Virus record (IMG/VR): IMGVR_UViG_3300025860_000002 | Strand: one strand, 5' to 3' | Length of the DNA: 32,221 nt | Source: a virus | Shown here: positions 6,289 to 15,813 of the stretch, one piece after another | Layout of the letters: each line of letters opens with the position of its first letter | Numbering within the stretch: the stretch's first letter is position 1 | Position numbers and translations under genes: made by a program | Notes under the pieces: generated by a model | Told to the model about the DNA's origin: nothing | Databases searched by the model: none | Seen by the model: the letters and a program-made list of their open reading frames with translations, nothing else

Positions 6289-7513
6289 GCCGACGCTGCC
6301 GCAGTATAACTACATGGTCTCAGAGGCTCGGTTCCCGGCGCTCGTCGCTGGATTCGGCGCTGGCAAGACTGAAGCGGCTATTCTGCGGTCTATCTTCGGA
6401 CTGATCTCGAACCCGGGCACGAATCGCGGCTTTTACGAGCCGACTTACGATCTGATCCGGGTTATCGCGTGGCCGAGATTCGAAGAGATACTCACGGCGA
6501 TGGGGCTTCCGTATAGGCTGCAAAAGACTCCGATCAACCAGATCACGATCGCTGGTCACGGCTCGATAATCTTCCGCTCGATGGAGAACCCGAACAGAAT
6601 TGTGGGTTACGAACACGCGGATGCAGACATCGACGAGCTAGATACGCTCTCGAAGACCAACGCATCACACGTCTGGCGACAAGTAATCGCCCGTAACCGT
6701 CAGCACAAGCCGTCCGGGAAGCCGAACACCATAGGCGTGACAACGACGCCAGAAGGTTTCCGATTCGTCTATGAGGCGTGGAAGAAAGACCCGCAGCCGG
6801 GTTACGAGATCATCCAAGCGCCGACGCATTCGAATCCGCATCTACCGGAGGGCTATATTCAGTCGCTGCGCGATATCTACCCGGATCAGTTGCTGACGGC
6901 GTATCTCGAAGGCCAGTTCGTCAATTTGACACAGGGCACGGTCTACTGCGGGTACTCTCGGCACGACTGCAACTCACACGAAGAAATCCAAGATGGCGAG
7001 CCGTTATTCATCGGCTGCGACTTCAACGTCACTCAGCAATGCGCCGTGGTCTATGTACGCCGGGGCGAAGAGTGGCACGCCGTAGATGAACTGATTGATA
7101 TGTACGACACGCCGGACATGGTTCGAATCATCTCTGAGCGTTACGCAGACCATCACGTCACGATTTACCCGGATGCTTCGGGCAGGGCCAGAAAGACCGT
7201 AAACGCCAGCACGTCCGACATTGCTCTCATCGAGCAAGCAGGGTTCTCGGTCAGAGCGAAGAAGTCGAACCCGGCAATCAAAGACCGAGTGATGGCTACG
7301 AACGCAGCGTTCGAAAATGGTTTGCTATACATAAATGCGCTAAAATGTACAGGAGTGGCAGAATCGTTCGAGCAGCTCGCTTACGATAAGAACGGAATGC
7401 CAGACAAGAATTCAGGTTTAGATCATGCAATCGATGCGGCGACGTATCCGATCGCATACGAAATGCCAATCGTGAAGCCAGTGGCTCACATACCGATAAA
7501 TTTCAGCGTATAG
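6275..7513 (+). CDS. terL: terminase large subunit
   Basis: Walker A GFGAGKTEA, Walker B-like DIDELD, a C-terminal nuclease-type acidic motif, and a position between TerS and portal. Confidence 0.9.
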   Translation: MAQIRPTLPQYNYMVSEARFPALVAGFGAGKTEAAILRSIFGLISNPGTNRGFYEPTYDLIRVIAWPRFEEILTAMGLPYRLQKTPINQITIAGHGSIIFRSMENPNRIVGYEHADADIDELDTLSKTNASHVWRQVIARNRQHKPSGKPNTIGVTTTPEGFRFVYEAWKKDPQPGYEIIQAPTHSNPHLPEGYIQSLRDIYPDQLLTAYLEGQFVNLTQGTVYCGYSRHDCNSHEEIQDGEPLFIGCDFNVTQQCAVVYVRRGEEWHAVDELIDMYDTPDMVRIISERYADHHVTIYPDASGRARKTVNASTSDIALIEQAGFSVRAKKSNPAIKDRVMATNAAFENGLLYINALKCTGVAESFEQLAYDKNGMPDKNSGLDHAIDAATYPIAYEMPIVKPVAHIPINFSV

Positions 7514-7521
7514 GTGAATAT

Positions 7522-8892
7522 ATGCCAGTTTCAGAAACCCATGCTGAGTACAACAAGAACGTAGATAAGTGGAAGCTGACTCGCAACGCGGCCACAGGCT
7601 TGAGTTTCGAAGATGCTCGGCACTACATCATGCGACGTACTCACGAAGAGCAAGACCAGTATTACCATCGCGTCGAGAAGGCGATATATACGAACTACAC
7701 CGGCAGAACGCGCGAAGGGCTGAAGGGCGCGATATTTCGTCTGCCGCCGCGCATCGAGCTGCCGCCAGATATGGAATTCATGCTGGAGAACGCCGACGGC
7801 GCTGGGCAGTCACTGACGCAAGTATCGAAGCTCGCAGCGGATGAGGTAATGGAGACCGGGCGATTCGGTCTGCTGGCTGATTATCCGATGGTCGACGAAG
7901 ATCTCACGGTCGAGCAAGTTCGCAGGATGAAGCTACAGCCGCACATTGCGACTTATACTGCCGAGTCGATTATCAACTGGCACGTTCACGTTCTAAACGG
8001 TCGCCGCCAGCTCGGAATGCTAGTGCTGAAAGAGAACTCGCCAGTTCACTACGACGAATTCACTTGGGACTATGTGGATCGCTTCCGGGTTCTCAGGCTC
8101 AACGATAGCCAGCAGTACACGCAGCAGCTATACGACGAGAACGGCGACGCAATCACCGAAGAGATCGTAATTCGTGGCGCAAGCGGTCAGCCGTTCGACT
8201 ACATCCCGTTTCACTTCATCGGAAGCCGGGACAATCTGCCGGATGTCGACGAGCCGATTCTGTACGACATCGCCCGGGTGAATATCGGGCACTTCCGCAA
8301 CTCAGCGGATCAGGAGAACAATCTCTCGGTTCACGGCGGCGGTACTCTGGTCGTCTCTACTGATATGAGTCCAGAAGCATTCCAAGCAGCGAACCCGGGC
8401 GGCATTACAGTCGGCGAGAACGCTGGTCTGATACTCTCTGAGGGCGGCAAAGCAGAACTACTGCAACTGGGTTCAGCTAGTGCGATCGGCACTGAGATGA
8501 CCCATAAAGAGCAGATGATGGTTCAGATCGGAGCCAAGATCATTACGAAGACCGGGCAGCGGACAGCCGAAGAGGCTCGCATCCAAGCGACTTCCGAGAA
8601 CTCGATGCTCGATACGATGGTCGGCAATATCGACGAAGCGTTTACCGCAGTTCTCTATGACTGCCGAGCGTTCATCTCGCCAACAGATGCCGAGATTGTA
8701 TTCTCTCTGAATGACGACTTCTACGCGGACACTATCGCGCCGCAGGAGATTATGGCAATGATTCAGGGCAGCGACGCGGGTGTAATGCCGAAGATCGACA
8801 TCGTGCGCCGTCTCATCGATGCCGGGTGGATACAATCCGAAGGCACGCCGGAAGACATTCTCTCGGATATCACTCAGGAGTCGCCGCTCTAA
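7522..8892 (+). CDS. portal protein (DUF4055-type)
   Basis: 456 aa immediately after TerL. The N-terminal YNKNVDKWKLTRNA pattern is as I recall for DUF4055 portals. Confidence 0.85.
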   Translation: MPVSETHAEYNKNVDKWKLTRNAATGLSFEDARHYIMRRTHEEQDQYYHRVEKAIYTNYTGRTREGLKGAIFRLPPRIELPPDMEFMLENADGAGQSLTQVSKLAADEVMETGRFGLLADYPMVDEDLTVEQVRRMKLQPHIATYTAESIINWHVHVLNGRRQLGMLVLKENSPVHYDEFTWDYVDRFRVLRLNDSQQYTQQLYDENGDAITEEIVIRGASGQPFDYIPFHFIGSRDNLPDVDEPILYDIARVNIGHFRNSADQENNLSVHGGGTLVVSTDMSPEAFQAANPGGITVGENAGLILSEGGKAELLQLGSASAIGTEMTHKEQMMVQIGAKIITKTGQRTAEEARIQATSENSMLDTMVGNIDEAFTAVLYDCRAFISPTDAEIVFSLNDDFYADTIAPQEIMAMIQGSDAGVMPKIDIVRRLIDAGWIQSEGTPEDILSDITQESPL

Positions 8893-10749
8893 ATGAGTGC
8901 TAACGACTATCTGCTGGATGCTGGGATAAAGCACCAGATATACGTCCAGCGCTACGCGGGCGGGCAGGTGAAAGATCTGGTCAAGTATCTCGACGATGCT
9001 CAGGCCGAGATTCTTGGCAAGCTCGACGGCGTGGATTCTCTGGCAGAAAGTCGGTCGCTGCAACGCAAGCTCGACCAGATAACAGCGCTACAAAGCGACG
9101 CTCTGGAAAAACTGAGCAAAGGAATAACCGATAACGCCGCAGATTTCGCGGAGTATGAGGCAGAGTTCGCCGTAAAGACGATGAACACGGCCGCAGCGGC
9201 ATCGGTTACGCTTCCGGCATCCGAGCAACTTAGGGCGTTAGTGACTCAGGCTCCGATGCAACTGGCAATCAGCGGCAAAGCGGGAAGCACGATTCAGTCG
9301 CTAACACTGGGCCAAGCGGCGACGCAGTTCTCGAAAGACAAAGCAGCAGAGATCACTCGAACGATTCAGCGCGGAGTGGTTGAAGGTTCGACGGTTCAAT
9401 CGCTGACCCGGCAGATCGCAAGTGTTACGAATAAACACAAACGACAAGCCGAAGCGCTGGTTCGAACTAGCGTCAATCACATCTCGTCGGAGGCTCGCTC
9501 AGCAGTAAACCGGGCGAATGACGATATTCTGAAGGGCGAAGAGTACGTCTCGGTTCTCGATGGCCGCACGACGATCGGCTGCGCAGCGCTGGATGGCAAG
9601 ATACTCGGGTTCGACGAGCCGCCATTCACTCCGCGCCATTGGAACTGCCGATCTCTTCGCGTCCCGGTGCTAAAGGATGAGTATCAAGAAGGAGGACTCG
9701 AAGGAACCCGGGCCAGCGTTCAGGGGCCAGTATCAGCAAAGCGAACCTACAGCGGATGGCTGAAAGATCAGTCGCCAGAGTTTCAAAACGGAGTTCTGGG
9801 GCTGGAGCGGGCAAAGATGTTCAGGGCCGGAAAGCTAAGTCTGGATGATTTTGTGGATTCTAACGGCAATCCGATCTCTCTGAAGCAGCTACAAGTGCTA
9901 GACGGTGCGACAAATGTGCGCAAGACGCCGAAGGTCGTTCCGAAGCCGACTCCGGGCACTGGCAAGATACCCGGGCAAGCGAAGAAGTTCGTTCCGGCTA
10001 AGACGATCAAAGAAGCAGAGAAGTTCGCTATCGATAATGATCTGGCGAGAGTTGCTAAGTTCGGCAAACTGGACGTCGCTATCGCTAATGAGATGAATCA
10101 ATCGATGCTAGAGAACATCGAGCGAATGCCCGCTCTAAAGGGGCGAATGAGTTTCATCGGATCAGCGCAAGAGAACGGACGACTCTGGAATGAAGGCAAT
10201 TTTCAATACACGCTTTTCCAAGTGAGATCAATGTATCCAAACAAAAGCGAAGAACAGAAATATGCAATCGCCAAAAAATACGCAAAGAAAACAAAAACAT
10301 CGGGGAAGACTTACGCATTCGCTAGAGATAAAAATCGCGGAATAAATGCTGATTTCTTCAAAGACGTGGACGGCATCGCTTATAACGAAGCATGGGGTAA
10401 GAAAGCGTCAGTCGATAAATTCAAAGCATCTCTGGCTAAAGATGTCGAAAGTAAATGGCATCCAGAGGGAACCGCTACTCTTCGATCAGTAATGGATCAC
10501 GAGATCGGTCACCAGATAGATTATATGCTGGGGCTTAGCAAGAACCCCGATCTACAGAAACTATTTAGGGAAAACCGGGAGAACATGGGCGAAGTTCTGA
10601 GCCGATACGGAAACAAGAATATCGCCGAGTTCATCGCCGAGAGCTGGGGTGAATATATTAACAATCCAACGCCGAGACCATTGGCGAAACAAGTAGGGGA
10701 CTTGATGAATGCCGAATACGCAAAGCAATTCAAAGATTTTGGATCTTGA
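8893..10749 (+). CDS. MuF-family head morphogenesis protein fused to a C-terminal HExxH (zincin-like) domain
   Basis: MuF signature ...PPFTPRHWNCRSLRVPV near aa 245-260. A Pro/Lys-rich linker near aa 345-360. HEIGH at nt 10498-10512 (aa 536-540), followed by NIAEFIAESW. Confidence 0.85.
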   Translation: MSANDYLLDAGIKHQIYVQRYAGGQVKDLVKYLDDAQAEILGKLDGVDSLAESRSLQRKLDQITALQSDALEKLSKGITDNAADFAEYEAEFAVKTMNTAAAASVTLPASEQLRALVTQAPMQLAISGKAGSTIQSLTLGQAATQFSKDKAAEITRTIQRGVVEGSTVQSLTRQIASVTNKHKRQAEALVRTSVNHISSEARSAVNRANDDILKGEEYVSVLDGRTTIGCAALDGKILGFDEPPFTPRHWNCRSLRVPVLKDEYQEGGLEGTRASVQGPVSAKRTYSGWLKDQSPEFQNGVLGLERAKMFRAGKLSLDDFVDSNGNPISLKQLQVLDGATNVRKTPKVVPKPTPGTGKIPGQAKKFVPAKTIKEAEKFAIDNDLARVAKFGKLDVAIANEMNQSMLENIERMPALKGRMSFIGSAQENGRLWNEGNFQYTLFQVRSMYPNKSEEQKYAIAKKYAKKTKTSGKTYAFARDKNRGINADFFKDVDGIAYNEAWGKKASVDKFKASLAKDVESKWHPEGTATLRSVMDHEIGHQIDYMLGLSKNPDLQKLFRENRENMGEVLSRYGNKNIAEFIAESWGEYINNPTPRPLAKQVGDLMNAEYAKQFKDFGS

Positions 10750-10891
10750 TCTAATAGACCCGGACGAGACTATCTCAGACGTTTACTATTCGCTCGATGA
10801 TGCTCTCGAAGTCGCCAAAGAGTTCCCGGAACTAGAAAAGGGCGTTCTGGCGATACTAAAAAAAGACTACGATATAGCGGAGGGTAAATGA
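10709..10891 (+). CDS. small acidic hypothetical protein (60 aa)
   Basis: AGGGGA SD 9 nt upstream. Overlaps the MuF 3' end by 41 nt. ATGA coupling to the next gene. Confidence 0.5.
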   Translation: MPNTQSNSKILDLDLIDPDETISDVYYSLDDALEVAKEFPELEKGVLAILKKDYDIAEGK

Positions 10892-11103
10892 AAACGAAAA
10901 TTCATGTAAATCAGCACCATATTAGAGCAAACAGCAAAGGCCAAGACCTGCCAGTTCTTACGGTGAAAACCTACAAGCAAAACATAAAGTGCAATCAAGT
11001 TCAGATAAACGGCCCGAGCACGGTTGTTTATAGCCCGGAAAAACCGCTTTCGTGCGGGGCGAAGGTCTGGATAGAAACCGAGTCGGAAGTTTTGACTGGT
11101 TAA
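10888..11103 (+). CDS. conserved small hypothetical protein (71 aa)
   Basis: GGAGGG SD and protein-like sequence MKTKIHVNQHHIRANSKG...CGAKVWIETESEV. Confidence 0.65.
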   Translation: MKTKIHVNQHHIRANSKGQDLPVLTVKTYKQNIKCNQVQINGPSTVVYSPEKPLSCGAKVWIETESEVLTG

Positions 11104-11114
11104 ATTCGCTAAAA

Positions 11115-11154
11115 TTTGGCAAATATGTTCACTTTTGGCGAATAGTGCTATAAT
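11115..11154 (+). promoter_or_regulatory. Late (head-gene) promoter: extended -10 TGcTATAAT plus two TTTGGC(A/G)AATA direct repeats
   Basis: TATAAT at 11149-11154 preceded by TGc. Repeats at 11115-11125 and 11134-11144, with starts 19 bp apart. Confidence 0.5.
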
Positions 11155-11198
11155 TCACGCAACGCTGCGGGGCAGCATAAAAATGTACGGGGTACAGC

Positions 11199-11870
11199 AT
11201 GGGCTTACAATACGCAGTCGAAGATCTCGAAGGTCTCGACGAAGCAGTTCAATCTCTTTATGAACAGGACGGTGATCGATATATCTTGAGAGTCGAAGGC
11301 ATTCCCCAGCCGGAGGATACCAGCGGACTCAAAAGCAAAGTCCAGCAGTTAATGGACGAAGCGAAAGATGCGAAGCGACGTGCGAAAGAATTAGAGTCGC
11401 AGAAACAGCAGCAAGAGATGGAGACCGCTCAAGAAAAGGGCGAGTTCAAGAATCTCTGGGAACAGGCTCAGGCGAAGCTCGCCGAGAAAGACGCAGAGCT
11501 GCAAGAGTTCACGACAAAGATCCAACAGAAAGACATAAATATCGCTGCACGCGGTATCGGCTCGCAACTTGCGAAGTCAGACGCCAAACGGGCGGAGGTA
11601 TTGGCCGATTATGCTTCACGGTATGCTCGGCACGACGGCGAGAAGGTTCAATTCTTAGTGGGCGGGATGGAAGTAGACTCATCCGCACTGATGGATCATC
11701 TGGCGAAAGAATTTCCGTTTTTGGTTGACGGCTCATCGGCTACCGGGGGTGGCGCGACGAGTTCTGCAAGTAGCGGGGCTACGAAATCACTTAATCGAGC
11801 CGACTTTGACAAATTGGCGGCATCCAAAAAGATGCAGTTCGTGAAAGACGGCGGCATCATCTCTGACTAA
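11199..11870 (+). CDS. scaffolding protein
   Basis: Immediately upstream of the capsid gene. Acidic, Glu/Lys/Gln-rich coiled-coil sequence with a Gly/Ser-rich segment. Confidence 0.65.
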   Translation: MGLQYAVEDLEGLDEAVQSLYEQDGDRYILRVEGIPQPEDTSGLKSKVQQLMDEAKDAKRRAKELESQKQQQEMETAQEKGEFKNLWEQAQAKLAEKDAELQEFTTKIQQKDINIAARGIGSQLAKSDAKRAEVLADYASRYARHDGEKVQFLVGGMEVDSSALMDHLAKEFPFLVDGSSATGGGATSSASSGATKSLNRADFDKLAASKKMQFVKDGGIISD

Positions 11871-11885
11871 TAAGGTATTTAAATC

Positions 11886-13016
11886 ATGGCTAACACTTTA
11901 ACCAATCTCACTCCAGATCTATACGAAGCGCTTGATACCGTTTCGCGTGAACTGGTCGGTATGATCCCAGCGGTAACACTCGATGCGAATGCAGAGCGTG
12001 CGGCAAAAGGTCAAACAATCCGTAGCGCAGTTGCTCCAAGCTCCGCTGCTGCTGACATTACTCCAGCGCAGAAAGCTCCCGACACTGGCGACCAGATAAT
12101 CACTAACAAGACTCTGAGCATCTCGAAGTCTCGTGGTGTGGCAATCCGCTACAACGGCGAAGAGCAGCGCGGTCTGAACACTGGCCCGGGCTACAACAGC
12201 ATCCTTCAGAACCAATTCGCTCAGGCGATGCGCACTCTGACTAACGAAGTTGAAGCGGATCTCACTGCGCTTTACTCTCAGGCGTCTAACGCATACGGAA
12301 CTCCCGGCACTACTCCATTCGGTACTTCTGGCGATTTCAGCGACGCTTCATTCGCTCTCAAGCTGCTAAAAGACAACGGCGCACCGTTGACTGGTAACCA
12401 GCTCGTCGTAAGCTCTGCTGCTGGCGCTTCAATGCTCGGTCTGCAAAGCCGCATCGACGTTCAGGGCAACGACTCTATGCTACGTCAGGGCGTTATGCTC
12501 TCAACTGCTGGCATGGACATCCGCGAGTCTGCGCAAATCAATGCTCACACTAAGGGCACTGGCGCAAACTACGTCACAGACGGCGCAGCATCTGAGGGCG
12601 ATACTGTTATCTCTCTCAAGACTGGTACTGGCACTATCTTGGCGGGTGATACAATCACTTTCGCTGGTGACGCGAACAAGTACGTCGTAACAGCAGCTCT
12701 CGCGGCTGGTGACGTGACTATCGCGGCTCCCGGTCTGAAGGCAGACGTAGCGGGCGACGTAGCGGTAACAGTCGGCAACGGCTACGCTGCGAACATGGCG
12801 TTCAACCGCGACGCGATCGTTCTCGTAACACGCGCTCCGGCTCGTCCAGTTGAAGGCGATCTCGCTGAAGACGTAATGCTCATGACAGATCCGCGTTCAG
12901 GCATCACGTTCGAAGTGTCTATGTATAAGGAATACCGTCAGGTTCACTTTGAAGTAGCACTCGCTTGGGGCGTCTCAGCCATCAAGCCAGAGCATATGGG
13001 TATTCTGCTCGGCTAA
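11886..13016 (+). CDS. major capsid protein (P22-coat-like / HK97-fold family)
   Basis: 376 aa after the scaffold gene. The N-terminal LTPDLYEALDTVSRELVGMIP pattern recalls P22_CoatProtein-family members. A strong hairpin follows the gene. Confidence 0.85.
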   Translation: MANTLTNLTPDLYEALDTVSRELVGMIPAVTLDANAERAAKGQTIRSAVAPSSAAADITPAQKAPDTGDQIITNKTLSISKSRGVAIRYNGEEQRGLNTGPGYNSILQNQFAQAMRTLTNEVEADLTALYSQASNAYGTPGTTPFGTSGDFSDASFALKLLKDNGAPLTGNQLVVSSAAGASMLGLQSRIDVQGNDSMLRQGVMLSTAGMDIRESAQINAHTKGTGANYVTDGAASEGDTVISLKTGTGTILAGDTITFAGDANKYVVTAALAAGDVTIAAPGLKADVAGDVAVTVGNGYAANMAFNRDAIVLVTRAPARPVEGDLAEDVMLMTDPRSGITFEVSMYKEYRQVHFEVALAWGVSAIKPEHMGILLG

Positions 13017-13024
13017 AAGTGATC

Positions 13025-13048
13025 GCGGGGCGTCTTCGGGCGCTCCGC
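13025..13048 (+). terminator. Stable 10-bp stem / UUCG-tetraloop hairpin after the capsid gene (attenuator or mRNA stabiliser; no strong U-tract)
   Basis: GCGGGGCGTC-TTCG-GGGCGCTCCGC region pairs 13025-13034 with 13039-13048, including two G-U pairs. Confidence 0.5.
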
Positions 13049-13067
13049 ATCATTCACGGAGAGGACT

Positions 13068-13229
13068 ATGCACGCACTACCAACAGTAAAGATCGACCGG
13101 GATGGGCAAGCAGTTACCATCAACGAGTCTGATTTTGATCCCAAGACAATGACGCTATTCGGTGAAAAGCCAGCGGCAAAGCCGAAGGCAGAGCCGAAGA
13201 AGACTCGCAAGCCCAAAGCGGAGAGCTAA
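13068..13229 (+). CDS. small Lys/Pro-rich protein (53 aa), absent from the ORF track
   Basis: GGAGAGGA SD, ATG 13068, TAA 13227-13229 abutting the next ATG. Product MHALPTVKIDRDGQAVTINESDFDPKTMTLFGEKPAAKPKAEPKKTRKPKAES. Confidence 0.6.
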   Translation: MHALPTVKIDRDGQAVTINESDFDPKTMTLFGEKPAAKPKAEPKKTRKPKAES

Positions 13230-13724
13230 ATGGCTACTATCATCGTCGAAGACGGCTCAATCGTCCCAAACGCGAACAGCTACGTCACTACTGCCGAGTT
13301 CACTCAGTATTGCGCAGACCGTAATATCACGATCTCTGGCACTTACGGAGACGAGTCGCAATTGCTTATCTTGGCGATGGACTATTTCGAGCAACAGCCG
13401 TTTCGCGGCATTAAGTATATCGAGACACAGCCGCTCCAGTATCCGCGTTCGGATTTATGGATCGACGGCTATCTCACAGATTCAGACCAGATTCCACAGT
13501 TGGTCAAAGATGCGCAGATCACTATCGCCATCTCTATCATGGCGGGCAACGATCCGCTCTCAACAGTAGATCGAGCAGTGAAGAAAGAGAAGGTCGACGT
13601 ACTCGAAGTGGAGTATATGGACAACGCTTCTATCTCTACAGTTATTCGAAGCATCGGCAACGCAATGCGCAAGCTGGTGACATCAAGCACTGGCGGCAAC
13701 AATATCCGAACCATTAGGGGCTGA
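13230..13724 (+). CDS. head-tail adaptor (DnaT-like / gp6-like connector family)
   Basis: N-terminus MATIIVEDGS...NSYVTTAEFTQYCADRNI is typical of adaptor proteins. Position is after the capsid gene. Confidence 0.7.
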   Translation: MATIIVEDGSIVPNANSYVTTAEFTQYCADRNITISGTYGDESQLLILAMDYFEQQPFRGIKYIETQPLQYPRSDLWIDGYLTDSDQIPQLVKDAQITIAISIMAGNDPLSTVDRAVKKEKVDVLEVEYMDNASISTVIRSIGNAMRKLVTSSTGGNNIRTIRG

Positions 13725-13725
13725 T

Positions 13726-14088
13726 ATGGGCGTTAATTACACAGCTCTCGAAGGAACTGCGACGCGATTGCTCCGAGATAACGGTCAGGCAATCACGTTC
13801 AGCTATGAAACTGGCGAAGTCATTAACCCGGCGACGGGCGTTGTAACGACGCCAGCGAGCGAGTCTACTGTCAGTGGATACGGAGTGGCGACAAACTTTA
13901 AGAACGCCGAGATAAATGGCGACACTATTTTATCGTCAGATCTAAAGCTGCTCGCCAGTAATGTGGCATCTGAGCCGAAAGCGAACTGGAAGGTCGGCGT
14001 AAACGGTAGGACTTGGCGCGTAATGCAAGTCTCACCAATAAACCCGGCGGGAACTAACGTCATGTATATATGCCAGATTAGAATATGA
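13726..14088 (+). CDS. head closure / head-tail joining protein
   Basis: 120 aa, position in the neck module, and a beta-rich pattern ending ...WRVMQVSPINPAG..YICQIR. Confidence 0.55.
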   Translation: MGVNYTALEGTATRLLRDNGQAITFSYETGEVINPATGVVTTPASESTVSGYGVATNFKNAEINGDTILSSDLKLLASNVASEPKANWKVGVNGRTWRVMQVSPINPAGTNVMYICQIRI

Positions 14089-14528
14089 GCGCAGCAGAGA
14101 AGGACATCAATACAGCTCTCTCGGTTCGTTTGGCTGAGATCCAGACTGCCGGAGTGCCGCCGATCGCTTACGAGAACGCGGAATACACTCCAGTCGAAGG
14201 GACTCTATATCTGCAAGAGTCATTCCTGCCGAATATAAAAGATGCGGTCGGAATTGCTCATACTAGCGCAGACGATTACGAAGGACTGTATCAGGTCAGT
14301 GTAATGGCTGGTCGCGGAGATCGTCGATTCGCTGCTCAAGAGCAAGCCATGCTCATCGCGATGCACTTTCCGCGTGGCGCAGAGTACACATATAACGGCG
14401 TAACGGTTAAAATAACGAAAACGTCGATCTCTCAAAGTATTATAGAAACGACCAGTATCGGATCATTCTCTGGAAGAGATAACTGGTATCAGATCCCGGT
14501 CACAATTAGTTGGAGGGCGCTCGTTTGA
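14085..14528 (+). CDS. tail completion/terminator-like protein (DUF4128-like)
   Basis: N-terminal pattern ALSVRLAEI...PIAYENAEYTPVEGTLYLQESFLPN as I recall for DUF4128. Lies in the neck module. Confidence 0.6.
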   Translation: MSAAEKDINTALSVRLAEIQTAGVPPIAYENAEYTPVEGTLYLQESFLPNIKDAVGIAHTSADDYEGLYQVSVMAGRGDRRFAAQEQAMLIAMHFPRGAEYTYNGVTVKITKTSISQSIIETTSIGSFSGRDNWYQIPVTISWRALV

Positions 14529-14926
14529 GTTGGGAATCTGACTGGAAGAAGATCGAAGCAAAGATCGACCGGACTCTGAATCAGGGCATCCGAGCGACTC
14601 TTTTCGAAGTAAGCACGGCAATAATTAAGGACACTCCGGCAGATACCGGGCGTGCCCGTGGTAATTGGCAAGCATCCGTCGGTCGCGGGGCGACTGGTGA
14701 TGTTTCCGTAGTTGATAGAAGATCGGGCGAAGCCAAAGCAATCGCAGACGTCAACCAAACAGTAAGCGTGGCAGTGGGCGATCTTTATTATCTGACAAAT
14801 AACCTTCCGTATATTGAACGTCTGGAATATGGCTGGTCTAAAAAGCATCCAGACGGGATGGTTCGGAAGAATCTGCAAAATTTTAACCGTTTGCTGGTTA
14901 AGAATATCAAAGCAGCAAACAAATAA
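14525..14926 (+). CDS. HK97 gp10-family neck/tail component
   Basis: DTPADTGRARGNWQ motif. TTG 14525 has GGAGGG 7 nt upstream and overlaps the upstream stop (TTGA). The ORF-track start at 14510 is also TTG. Confidence 0.7.
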   Translation: MSWESDWKKIEAKIDRTLNQGIRATLFEVSTAIIKDTPADTGRARGNWQASVGRGATGDVSVVDRRSGEAKAIADVNQTVSVAVGDLYYLTNNLPYIERLEYGWSKKHPDGMVRKNLQNFNRLLVKNIKAANK

Positions 14927-14938
14927 GAGGCAATTAAC

Positions 14939-15382
14939 ATGGCAATTCAAACATCTGCGGGCACTACTCTGGGCGTCGTCTCAGGTCTTCCCGCCACATA
15001 CGACGCAGCAGGATTCGCGGCTCTCACATTCGCTACAGTTGGCGAGATTACAGAGATCCCAGCATTCGGCTCGGTTTACAACTTAATCACTCACTCGCCT
15101 CTCGGTGAGCGTCGCGTGGTTAAGCGTAAAGGTTCGGTAAACGACGGAACTCTTACTCTCTCATTCGCTGCTGACGCTGCGGATACTGGTCAAGTTGCTG
15201 CGAAAGCTGCTGCTGCGACCGACGTAGAAGTATCAGTTGCAATCACTTACCCAGACGGCGAAATCGATTACTTCACTGGCTTGATCATGAGCTACCAAGT
15301 AAACGCTGGCGGCGTCGACAGCATCAAGTCAGACAGCATTGTACTAGAGCTGACAAATGCACCAGTAAACGTAGCAGCTTAA
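14939..15382 (+). CDS. major tail tube protein
   Basis: 147 aa directly upstream of the chaperone/tape-measure pair. MAIQTSAGTTLGV...VGEITEIPAFG pattern. Confidence 0.8.
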   Translation: MAIQTSAGTTLGVVSGLPATYDAAGFAALTFATVGEITEIPAFGSVYNLITHSPLGERRVVKRKGSVNDGTLTLSFAADAADTGQVAAKAAAATDVEVSVAITYPDGEIDYFTGLIMSYQVNAGGVDSIKSDSIVLELTNAPVNVAA

Positions 15383-15408
15383 TAAAACACACATTCGGGG
15401 CGTGACTT

Positions 15409-15813
15409 ATGGATTTAGCAAAATTTGACCTGCAAGCAGCGGCGGAAGAAGGAATCGAAGTAAAACTTCAAGATCCTTTTAATGGTGAGTATCTTATAGA
15501 CGATGAGGGCGAGCATTTAACGATTATTGTTCTCGGCAAAGATTCGCAGACGTGGCAAAACGCCGCAAAGCGAGTTAATACCCGGAACGCGAATCGTTAT
15601 AAGGATCGAAAGATTCCGAACGCAGTTCTCGAAGCAGCTCTCTATGAGATATTGGCAGAAAGCACGCTCAAGTGGAGCAAGAACATCGAGTTCGAAGGTG
15701 CGGCACTAAAATGCACAAAAGAGAACGCGAATATGCTCTATGAGAAGCGCAACTGGATCGCCGAGCAGTTAATGGAAGCGGCAGGGGATCGAGCTAGTTA
15801 TTTTTTGAAATAA
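15409..15813 (+). CDS. tail assembly chaperone (G-like, zero-frame product)
   Basis: Lies between the tube and tape-measure genes. Ends just after a T TTT TTG slippery heptamer. Confidence 0.8.
   Translation: MDLAKFDLQAAAEEGIEVKLQDPFNGEYLIDDEGEHLTIIVLGKDSQTWQNAAKRVNTRNANRYKDRKIPNAVLEAALYEILAESTLKWSKNIEFEGAALKCTKENANMLYEKRNWIAEQLMEAAGDRASYFLK

Noticed and set aside
8473-9063. 196-aa minus-strand ORF across the portal/MuF junction
   Set aside because: It is antisense to two well-supported genes, has Arg/Leu/His-rich antisense-type composition, and has no SD. No other minus-strand gene exists.
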